Shown piece after piece: positions 9,948 through 18,033 of a stretch of 64,000 bases of DNA. This DNA is from Candidatus Saccharicenans sp. Its GTDB lineage: Bacteria; Acidobacteriota; Aminicenantia; Aminicenantales; Saccharicenantaceae. A model generated the notes under the pieces. It saw only the letters and a program-made list of their open reading frames with translations, did no database searches and was not told the DNA's origin. The position numbers and the translations under genes were made by a program. Each line of letters begins with the position of its first letter. Position 1 is the first letter of the stretch. Location: positions 46,149 to 110,148 of the forward strand of contig JAGOPD010000002.1 of assembly GCA_017992175.1 (NCBI GenBank), read 5' to 3'.

Positions 9948-10459
9948 CTCTTCGGACCTTTCTCCTGCTCTTTATTCAGCCTGTTTTTAATCAGGCTTTT
10001 TTTCAAAGGAGAAAGCCGGTCGATAAACAGTTTGCCTTCCAGGTGATCTATCTCATGAGCAAAAGCCCTGGCCAGAAGATCGCTGGCTTCGATAGTTACT
10101 TCCCGGCCGTTGAGATCATAACCTCTGACCACCAATCTCTCCGGCCGAACGACTTTCTCATATATTCCGGGCACAGACAGGCAACCCTCCTCAGCGGTAT
10201 TTTTTCCCTCTTCTGCCAGTATTTCAGGATTGACCAGAATGAATAATTCATCCTGGTTTTCACCCACCGACAGGTCAACCGTGATCAGCCTTATTCCCCG
10301 GCTGACTTGAGGAGCAGCCAGGCCCACCCCTGGTGCCCGGTACATAGTTTCAACCATATCAGTAGCCAGGTCCACAATTTCCTGGTTGATATCTTCAACT
10401 GGCTTTGCCTTTTGGGCCAGCAGGGGATGACCAATCTTGATTATCTTAAGTACCGCCAT
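9944..10459 (-). CDS. def: Peptide deformylase
   Basis: All three signature motifs are present: GVGLAAPQ, EGCLSVPG and HEIDHLEG. Confidence 0.92.
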   Translation of the reverse strand: MAVLKIIKIGHPLLAQKAKPVEDINQEIVDLATDMVETMYRAPGVGLAAPQVSRGIRLITVDLSVGENQDELFILVNPEILAEEGKNTAEEGCLSVPGIYEKVVRPERLVVRGYDLNGREVTIEASDLLARAFAHEIDHLEGKLFIDRLSPLKKSLIKNRLNKEQEKGPKR

Positions 10460-10477
10460 AATTATTTCATTTTAGCC

Positions 10478-10511
10478 CAGAAACCAGGTGCTGGCAAATA
10501 CCTGGTTTCTG
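10478..10511 (-). other. Perfect 12-bp hairpin between the OPT transporter stop and the def start
   Basis: CAGAAACCAGGT (10478-10489) pairs with ACCTGGTTTCTG (10500-10511) around a 10-nt loop. No U-tract follows on either strand. Confidence 0.3.
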
Positions 10512-10552
10512 TCCATTAGCTGCTGGTTATCCTGAATTAACACACTTTTTTC

Positions 10553-12577
10553 TCAGACTACCGCTGAGGGCGGTGGCGGTTCATCAGGAGCCCCGGCATT
10601 TTTCATCGGGATGGCTACCAGGTAAAGTCCAATTAAGACCAGAACAGCTATCCCCAGGATATAACTCGGATGGGCAAAAATGATGGGTATATCCTTACCC
10701 ACCACCCCCTGGAGGAAGAAGAATTTCCAGGCGGCGCGGATGAGACCGGTCAAGGCTTCGCCAGCGATTAAGCCGGCAGCCAGGAGAACTCCAACATTCT
10801 CCACTCTGGCTTTTTGAGCTGGATTAAGTTTTTTCCTGCCTGTTGTTCGATCCAGAATTCCCTTAATCATGCCGCCAACAAAAATGGCAAAGGTCGTCTC
10901 CAGGGGCAGATACATGCCTACCGACACCAGCATTGGCGAGCTGACCCTAACCAGAATGAAGGCAAAGCCCATCATCATGCCGACAATAACCAGTGGCCAG
11001 GCCATTTCACCACCGACAATGCCCTGAGTTATGGTGGCCATTAAACCTGCCTGGGGAGCCGGCAATTCTTTGCTGCCAAAAGTAAAGGCTCCATGCAGAA
11101 TCATCAAAGGAAAATAAAGAACCAGGGAAGCCACCAGAACACCGAGTATGTCGCCAACCTGCATCTTCCAGGGTGTCCCTCCCAGGATGTGCCCAACTTT
11201 AAGATCCTGAAGCATTTCGCCAGCCACAGCTGAAGAGACGCAGACAACTGAAGCCACACCTAAGACGGCAATAATTCCGCTTGTTCCTCTGGCCCCAATA
11301 AGAACCATTAACAGGCCGGCAATAATCAAGGTTGACAGGGTTAACCCCGAAATCGGGTTATTAGAAGAACCAATGGTCCCGACCAGATTTCCGGAGACAG
11401 CTGCAAAAAAGAAGCCAAAGATGGCCATAACCACGGCCGCCAGAATAGCCGGAACATAACTTCCAATGAAAAGTTTGTAAACAAAAACCATCAGGACCAC
11501 GGTTAAAGTCATTAAGAACAGAACCAGCTTGATATTGAGGTCTTTTTCCACCCGGCTGGTAACTTCAGTCTGGCCGGCTGCCTTTTTGACATCTCCGATT
11601 GATCTCTTAATCCCGGTCATCAGGTTTTTTCTCATTTTGAACAGGGTGTAGCCGGCACCAACCAGCATTCCTCCGACGGCAATCGGCCTGATGATGAATT
11701 TCCAGACATTGCTGATCAGGTCAGGCCAGGGCACACTGGCCATGGCTACCGACGGGCCATAAAATTTTTCGACCAGCTGAGGCCCGAGAAAGTACATCAG
11801 AAGGGGAGCAAATAATCCCCAGGCTAAAACGCCGCCGGCAAAGTTAAGGGAAGCCAGCCGTGGTCCGATAATATAACCGACGCCGATATAAGCAGGAGAA
11901 ATTCCTGGGCCGGCTACGCTGACTACACCGCCGGTCCCGACCGTGCCCGCTTCTTTGGATGGACCGAGACGAACAAAGCTTGAGCCAATTTTTCCCAGCT
12001 TGATAATGAATTCTTTAGAGGCAGAGAAGAGCTGAACTACGCCCAGTGAATAGATCAGGGCACCAACTCCCATGGCTTGGAACAAGAACTTTGCCCCGGC
12101 GCTGCCTTTTTGGCCTGCTTTATGTATTTCGGCTGCAGCCACTGATTCAGGAAAAGGCAATTCCGGATCAGTAACCATAATTCGCCTTAAAAAGGTAACA
12201 AACAGAATTCCCAGCAAGCCGCCGACAAACATCAAAGCGGTTGACTGGAGATAGGCGCTGATGGTGTTGAATTTAGTCCAGACGCCGGTAATCAGAAAGG
12301 CTGGAATAGTAAAGATAGCTCCAGCTGCGACTGATTCACCAATTGAGCCAACGGTTCTGGCAATATTTTCTTCCAGAATAGAGCCTTTCATTATCTTTAG
12401 CAGGGCCATACCTATGACTGCAGCCGGGTAGGTGGCAGCAATGGTCATGCCGGCTCTCAGGCCCAGATAGGCATTGGCTGCTCCGAGGATAATGGTCATC
12501 ACCAGTCCCAGCAAAATAGCCCGCAGGGTGAACTCTCTTTGATTAGTTTTTTCAGACACAAAAGGTTTTTGATCCAT
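10553..12577 (-). CDS. OPT-family oligopeptide transporter
   Basis: 674 aa and polytopic. The N-terminus REFTLRAILLGLVMTIILGAANAYLGLRAGMTIAATYPAAV is typical of bacterial OPT proteins. AAGGAGAGG RBS is present. Confidence 0.85.
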   Translation of the reverse strand: MDQKPFVSEKTNQREFTLRAILLGLVMTIILGAANAYLGLRAGMTIAATYPAAVIGMALLKIMKGSILEENIARTVGSIGESVAAGAIFTIPAFLITGVWTKFNTISAYLQSTALMFVGGLLGILFVTFLRRIMVTDPELPFPESVAAAEIHKAGQKGSAGAKFLFQAMGVGALIYSLGVVQLFSASKEFIIKLGKIGSSFVRLGPSKEAGTVGTGGVVSVAGPGISPAYIGVGYIIGPRLASLNFAGGVLAWGLFAPLLMYFLGPQLVEKFYGPSVAMASVPWPDLISNVWKFIIRPIAVGGMLVGAGYTLFKMRKNLMTGIKRSIGDVKKAAGQTEVTSRVEKDLNIKLVLFLMTLTVVLMVFVYKLFIGSYVPAILAAVVMAIFGFFFAAVSGNLVGTIGSSNNPISGLTLSTLIIAGLLMVLIGARGTSGIIAVLGVASVVCVSSAVAGEMLQDLKVGHILGGTPWKMQVGDILGVLVASLVLYFPLMILHGAFTFGSKELPAPQAGLMATITQGIVGGEMAWPLVIVGMMMGFAFILVRVSSPMLVSVGMYLPLETTFAIFVGGMIKGILDRTTGRKKLNPAQKARVENVGVLLAAGLIAGEALTGLIRAAWKFFFLQGVVGKDIPIIFAHPSYILGIAVLVLIGLYLVAIPMKNAGAPDEPPPPSAVV

Positions 12578-12668
12578 CCGCCTCTCCTTTCTAACCTTTT
12601 TCTTAATGTATATTAAAAAATTCTAGACCAAGTCAAGCTAATTTTAACCTTTGGTCAGAGGCTAGAAT

Positions 12669-12697
12669 TTGCCAGAGGGACGATTTTATGCTAAATA
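12669..12697 (+). promoter_or_regulatory. Sigma-70-like promoter for the mre operon
   Basis: TTGCCA (12669-12674), a 17-nt spacer, then TAAATA (12692-12697). Confidence 0.35.
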
Positions 12698-12736
12698 TCT
12701 ACATTGTTTAAGTTCTAATAATAAGTGAGGACAAGT

Positions 12737-13768
12737 ATGAGCCTCTGGAGCTGGGTAAAAGACAGGCTGTTTTGTGATTTGGCGGTTGATCTGGGTACGG
12801 CTAATACGCTGGTCTACCTAAAGGGGAAAGGTATAGTAGTTCAGGAGCCATCAATTGTGGTCATTAATGTCCAGACCGGCAAGATTGAAGCGGTCGGAGG
12901 ACGGGCCAAGGAAATGCTCGGTAAGACTCCGAATAATGTGGTGGCCATCAAACCGATGAGAGACGGGGTAATAGCCGATTTCGAGATTGCCGAACGGATG
13001 CTTGATTACTTTATCAGGCGAGCTATGGAAAATCGCGGCTTTTTACTTCGGCCAAGAATTGTTATTGGCATTCCAACTGGTATTACCCAGGTGGAGAGAA
13101 GGGCGGTTAAAGATGTGGCCCTTCGAGCTAAAGCCTCTGAAGTTTACATTGTCGAGCAGCCAATGGCGGCTGCGGTTGGGGCTAACCTGCCTATTGCCGA
13201 GCCGACCGGCAATATGATTGTTGACATTGGCGGCGGGACAACCGATATCGCCGTCATTTCCTTAAACGGTGTGGTTTTTAATCATTCGATCAGAATCGCC
13301 AGTAACGAGATGGATGAGTCTATAATTCAGTATCTGAAAAAGAAATATAACCTGCTAATTGGCGAAAGAACAGCCGAACAGGTTAAATGGCAGCTGGGCT
13401 CGGCTTATCCTCTCGACGAATCATTGACCATGGAGATTAAGGGCCGGGACTTGAGGGAAGGCATTCCAAGAACTATTGTAGTTGATGACCAGGAAATTAG
13501 AGAAGCTATAGAGGAAGTAGTGGCCAGCATCATTAATGCAGTTAGGATAGCTCTGGAAAGGACTCCGCCGGAACTATCGGCTGATATTATTGACCGCGGA
13601 ATAATTTTAACCGGCGGCGGCGCCTTGCTCAAGAACCTGGACAAACGATTGAGAGAAGAAACTCAGCTGCCGGTTTTTCTAACCGAAGACCCGCTGACCT
13701 CGGTGGTCATGGGAGCGGGCAGGCTGCTGAACGATCTTGATCTCCTGCGCAAAATTTCTTTGGAGTGA
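12737..13768 (+). CDS. mreB: Rod shape-determining protein MreB
   Basis: DLAVDLGTANTLVY and the actin-fold motifs DIGGGTTD and LTGGGALL. I moved the start to ATG at 12737, 5 nt after GAGGA. Confidence 0.93.
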   Translation: MSLWSWVKDRLFCDLAVDLGTANTLVYLKGKGIVVQEPSIVVINVQTGKIEAVGGRAKEMLGKTPNNVVAIKPMRDGVIADFEIAERMLDYFIRRAMENRGFLLRPRIVIGIPTGITQVERRAVKDVALRAKASEVYIVEQPMAAAVGANLPIAEPTGNMIVDIGGGTTDIAVISLNGVVFNHSIRIASNEMDESIIQYLKKKYNLLIGERTAEQVKWQLGSAYPLDESLTMEIKGRDLREGIPRTIVVDDQEIREAIEEVVASIINAVRIALERTPPELSADIIDRGIILTGGGALLKNLDKRLREETQLPVFLTEDPLTSVVMGAGRLLNDLDLLRKISLE

Positions 13769-13786
13769 TCATAACTTTAAAGACGG

Positions 13787-14623
13787 ATGTCACTTTCCCG
13801 GCTGGCTAAGAATAAATATCTGATCGGAGGCTTGCTCCTTGTTTTTAATTTGATTCTGATTTCTGTCCAGATCCCGCTGGGCAGTAAACAAACCCTGCTC
13901 GAAAAATTATTCTTTACGGCCTTTTCACCGGTGCAAAGGGCAGCTGTTTCGGCTTTTAACTATGTCACTCAGGGGTGGCACAATATCCGGTCTTTAAAAG
14001 AGGCTCAAAAAGAAAATCAGGAACTTAAGAACCAAATCTTTTTTTTAAACCAGGAAAAAGAGCTTTTACTGGAAAAATTGCGGCTCAGTCTGGCTCAGCT
14101 TGAACTTGAAAAGAATTTCCAGTCACTTGAGTCTTCTATTCTTCCGGCCAGAATCATCGGCCTGGATACTGCTAATTATTTCCGGTCGGCGGTGATAGAC
14201 CGGGGATCAGATGATGGAGTGACCAAGAACTTAGCGGTCTGTGACCGGTTCGGCCGCCTGGTAGGCAAAACGGCTGAACCAATTTCAGGTCAGACGGCTA
14301 AAGTTATCCTGATTACTTCGGAAGAAAGCGGGGTCGCAGTCATCTCGGCCAGTGACCGGCTGCCCGGAATTCTAAGTGGAGATGGCCAGGGGAAATGCCT
14401 GGTTAAATATGTCATGAGCTCGTCTCCGGGCGGGGTTGTTGGTGATGAAATACTGACCTCTGGCTACGATCAGATCTTCCCGCCAGGGCTAAAAGTCGGG
14501 AGAATAGCCTGGATTACCAGTCAGGCTGGACTGTTTAAAAAAATTGTAGTCAAACCTTATTTCGATTTTAAAGAACTTGGCCTGGTTGCTGTCCTCCGAA
14601 CCGGCCAGGCTTCGAAGAGGTGA
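13787..14623 (+). CDS. mreC: Rod shape-determining protein MreC
   Basis: N-terminal TM segment, a coiled coil (LKNQIFFLNQEKELLLEKL), and its position between mreB and mreD. Confidence 0.85.
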   Translation: MSLSRLAKNKYLIGGLLLVFNLILISVQIPLGSKQTLLEKLFFTAFSPVQRAAVSAFNYVTQGWHNIRSLKEAQKENQELKNQIFFLNQEKELLLEKLRLSLAQLELEKNFQSLESSILPARIIGLDTANYFRSAVIDRGSDDGVTKNLAVCDRFGRLVGKTAEPISGQTAKVILITSEESGVAVISASDRLPGILSGDGQGKCLVKYVMSSSPGGVVGDEILTSGYDQIFPPGLKVGRIAWITSQAGLFKKIVVKPYFDFKELGLVAVLRTGQASKR

Positions 14624-15114
14624 GGACGGTGAGAATCAGGAAAGGCTTAGTTCTGCTTTTAATGCTGGTTCTGGCTTTTGCTTTCTACAGCTTGCTGGGA
14701 CGGCTGAATCCCAATCTGATTGTCTTTATAAATACTTTCAGCATGGCGGTTCTTCTGGCCGCCATAATTTACGGGGAAATAGAAGGGGCAGTCATGGGGA
14801 CGGTGGCCGGGCTGCTGGCCGATGCTTTTTCAGACGGTGTTTTTGGCCTGTCCGGCTTGAGTCTTACCATTACTGGCTTTTTAGCTGGCTGGTTTGCTCA
14901 GAAGATTAATCTTAATTCTCTGGGGAAGAGGAGTGTTATGTTGTTTTTTTTCAGTCTATTCCAGCTCCTCCTCTGGGTAGTACTTTATAATTTTATTTTT
15001 AAAAATAGCCTGCTTTACAGCCGGCCTGGCCTTTATCTTCAACCGGTCATAACTGCTATAATCACCAGTTTACTGGCTGGTCTACTCCGCCCGGTCAAAA
15101 AAGCGGTTGACTGA
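14620..15114 (+). CDS. mreD: Rod shape-determining protein MreD
   Basis: A small polytopic membrane protein with a GTGA start/stop overlap with mreC. The call rests mainly on position. GTG at 14629 is an alternative start. Confidence 0.75.
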   Translation: MRTVRIRKGLVLLLMLVLAFAFYSLLGRLNPNLIVFINTFSMAVLLAAIIYGEIEGAVMGTVAGLLADAFSDGVFGLSGLSLTITGFLAGWFAQKINLNSLGKRSVMLFFFSLFQLLLWVVLYNFIFKNSLLYSRPGLYLQPVITAIITSLLAGLLRPVKKAVD

Positions 15115-15125
15115 ACGAACTTAAA

Positions 15126-16925
15126 ATGGCCAAGATTTATGAAGATCTGAGCTTACTGATCAAAAGGTCAAAACTGACCTTTATTATTCTAAGTGTCATC
15201 CTGTTTCTGGTTCTGGCTTTCTACTGGAAAATCCAGATCTGGGATCATCAAAAATACTGGAAGATGGCTGAGGCTAACCATTTGCGGTCCCTGCCTATTC
15301 CGGCTCCCCGGGGCCTAATTTATGACCGCCAGAAAATTATCCTGGCCGATAATCAGCCCAGTTTTAAGGTTTCCTGGTTGAAAGAAGCGATTAAGGCTGA
15401 CCAGCCAGTTATCGAGCCGGTCAGTCAGTTATTAAATTTAGGACCAGAAGAACTCAAAAGCAGGATTGAACGTTACCGCTGGCTCCAGCCCTTTGAACCG
15501 GTTGTCATCAAGGATAATCTTAAGCTGGAAGAAGTGGCCGTTATTGAAGCCAGAAAAGAAGAATTTCCTGAACTCCAGCTTCAGGTAGAACCAAGACGAT
15601 TTTATTCTTTTGGATCAACCGCTGCTCATGTTCTTGGTTATCTTCAGGAAGTTTCACCGGAAGAGCTCAAAAGTAACTCTAACCGGAAATGGCGTGGCGG
15701 AGAAATGATTGGCAAATCAGCTGTTGAAAAACAATATGATGATTATTTAACCGGTCAGGCTGGCCAGCTGATAGAAACTGTTGACAGCCAGGGCCGGTCG
15801 CTGGGTGAGGTAAATAGAATTGAGCCAATTAAAGGTCAGGATTTGATCCTGTCGATTGATTTAGATCTGCAGAAGAGAGCCGAAGAACTTCTTCAGGGCA
15901 AGGAAGGGGCTGTAGTAGTTCTTGACCCGAAGACCGGAGAATGTTTGGCCTGGGTCAGTTCTCCTTCTTACGATCCCAACCGTTTTATTACCCGATTTTC
16001 TCCTGAGGAATGGCTGTCTATTATAAGTGATCCTGCCAAGCCTCTTGAAAACCGGGTGATTCGCGGCCTGTATTCACCAGGTTCAATTTTTAAGATTGTC
16101 ACCGCCCTGACTTCTCTGGAAACAGGAATAATTTCTGACCGAACAACTTTTTTTTGTTCAGGCTCGCTCAATCTGTATGGCCAGGACTTTGCCTGCTGGT
16201 TTAAACCCGGTCATGGCAGTCTGAATTTGCCCGAGGCAATAAAAAATTCCTGTAATGTCTATTTTTACCAGCTCGGCCGCCGCCTGACGGTTGATACCAT
16301 CGCCAGGTATGCCAGGACCTTAGGGCTGGGGAAAGCGACTGGAGTAGATATACCCGGAGAAAAGGACGGGTTGGTTCCTTCCACCGATTGGAAGAGGAAG
16401 GCGCAGGGGGAAGCCTGGTTCCCTGGTGAAACTATCTCGGTCTCTATCGGCCAGGGACCGGTTCTGGTCACACCTTTACAGGTGGCAGCTTTGACAGCCT
16501 GTGTGGCCAACCGGGGAATAAAGATCAGGCCCCGGGTGACCAGAGTTGACGGTCAAAAGACCCCTGAGCAGGAAAGAACTGGCCTTGATTCTGATCTTTT
16601 TGAAAAAATAATTGAAGGCCTGTGGCGTTCAGTTAATGAGGGCGGCACAGGCCATGGAGCTTATCAACCAGGTTTTGAGATCTGCGGGAAAACAGGCTCT
16701 ACCCAGGTCATCAGCCGGGAAAAGGCCGAAAAAATGATTGAGAGGGGAGAAGTACCAGCTAAAACCCATAGCTGGTTTTCCGGATTTGCCCCTCGAAATG
16801 ATCCCAGGATTGTCGTTACTGTTCTGGTTGAATTTGGAGGAATGGGAGGTCAAACGGCTGCTCCTTTAGCCGGAGAAATTTTCAAAGTTTACCGGGAAAA
16901 GTATGTTAGACAGGCGAATCTTTAG
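15126..16925 (+). CDS. mrdA: Penicillin-binding protein 2 (elongasome transpeptidase)
   Basis: SxxK (SPGSIFK), SxN (NSCN) and KTG (GKTGST) motifs, plus an N-terminal TM anchor. Confidence 0.9.
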   Translation: MAKIYEDLSLLIKRSKLTFIILSVILFLVLAFYWKIQIWDHQKYWKMAEANHLRSLPIPAPRGLIYDRQKIILADNQPSFKVSWLKEAIKADQPVIEPVSQLLNLGPEELKSRIERYRWLQPFEPVVIKDNLKLEEVAVIEARKEEFPELQLQVEPRRFYSFGSTAAHVLGYLQEVSPEELKSNSNRKWRGGEMIGKSAVEKQYDDYLTGQAGQLIETVDSQGRSLGEVNRIEPIKGQDLILSIDLDLQKRAEELLQGKEGAVVVLDPKTGECLAWVSSPSYDPNRFITRFSPEEWLSIISDPAKPLENRVIRGLYSPGSIFKIVTALTSLETGIISDRTTFFCSGSLNLYGQDFACWFKPGHGSLNLPEAIKNSCNVYFYQLGRRLTVDTIARYARTLGLGKATGVDIPGEKDGLVPSTDWKRKAQGEAWFPGETISVSIGQGPVLVTPLQVAALTACVANRGIKIRPRVTRVDGQKTPEQERTGLDSDLFEKIIEGLWRSVNEGGTGHGAYQPGFEICGKTGSTQVISREKAEKMIERGEVPAKTHSWFSGFAPRNDPRIVVTVLVEFGGMGGQTAAPLAGEIFKVYREKYVRQANL

Positions 16926-18000
16926 GGAAATTGACTGGACGACCATTCTGTTAATGGTCCTGATTTCGGTCATCGGCATTATCTTTGTCCACAGTGCGAT
17001 ATATTATCAGGCCAGCCAATATGTCTGGAAACAGGTCCTGTGGCTGGCGGTCAGTCTGGCAGTTTTATCTGTTTTGCTCATGATCGATTATAAAGTCCTG
17101 CTTTCATTTGCTTTCCCTTTTTATATTTTGATGAATGTTATTCTGGCCGGGCTTTTAATCTTCGGCCGGCGAATAGCTAACACCCGCAGCTGGCTGGTCT
17201 TTGGACCATTTCAATTTCAACCGTCCGAACTGACCAAGCTGGCTGTGATCCTTCTACTGGCCAGACTCTTTTCAAGCTACAAAGAAGAGCAGATGTCCTT
17301 TAGAGCTTTCCTTTTGTCTTCAGGCCTGGTAGGTTTACCCTTTATTTTAATTGCTCTTCAACCTGATCTGGGAACTGCTCTGACCTTTATTCCGGTTCTG
17401 CTCGGAGCCTACATTCTGGCCGGCTTGCCTAAAAAATATGTTATTTTGATTTTGATTGTTTCTTTGCTGGCCGGTCTTGTTGGCTGGAATTACGGCCTCA
17501 AGGATTATCAAAAAAAGAGAATTGAAACCTTGCTGGTGCCTGGCCAGGATCCGCGAGGCGCGGGTTATCAGCTGCAGCAATCAAAGATAGCCCTGGGCTC
17601 TGGCGGATTGACTGGCAAAGGCTACCATAAGGGAACACAGAGCCAGCTCCGTTTCTTACCAGCCCGTCAGAATGATTTTATTCTGGCTGTGGTTGGTGAG
17701 GATCTGGGATTTCTGGGTATTCTGATGGTTTTTGGCCTCTTTTTTATTTTTCTGTACCGGCTATTTATGGCTACCCAGGTCTCTCCAGACCGGGCTGGCG
17801 TTTATATAGCTTTTCTGGCCGCGATGCTTATTGGCTGCCAGTTTTTGATCAACATCATGATGATTGTCGGACTTTTCCCCATAACCGGCATTCCTATTCC
17901 ATTTTTAAGCTATGGCGGATCTTCTCTGCTGTCTAATTTCTTAATTGTTGGACTGGTAATCAATGTTAAAATGAGAAGATTTGCCTATGTCAGATTCTAA
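16903..18000 (+). CDS. rodA: SEDS-family peptidoglycan polymerase RodA
   Basis: 365 aa of the FtsW/RodA/SpoVE type (FQPSELTKLAVIL, LPARQNDFILAVVGEDLGF). It overlaps the end of mrdA by 23 nt. Confidence 0.9.
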   Translation: MLDRRIFREIDWTTILLMVLISVIGIIFVHSAIYYQASQYVWKQVLWLAVSLAVLSVLLMIDYKVLLSFAFPFYILMNVILAGLLIFGRRIANTRSWLVFGPFQFQPSELTKLAVILLLARLFSSYKEEQMSFRAFLLSSGLVGLPFILIALQPDLGTALTFIPVLLGAYILAGLPKKYVILILIVSLLAGLVGWNYGLKDYQKKRIETLLVPGQDPRGAGYQLQQSKIALGSGGLTGKGYHKGTQSQLRFLPARQNDFILAVVGEDLGFLGILMVFGLFFIFLYRLFMATQVSPDRAGVYIAFLAAMLIGCQFLINIMMIVGLFPITGIPIPFLSYGGSSLLSNFLIVGLVINVKMRRFAYVRF

Positions 18001-18033
18001 TCTCTGATAACTCGAAAGGGAATAAAGAATAAG

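Noticed and set aside
14577-14909. A 110-aa alternate-frame ORF overlaps mreC and mreD.
   Set aside because: The mreD frame gives a coherent polytopic membrane protein coupled to mreC by GTGA. The alternate frame gives an Arg/Gly-rich product without an RBS.
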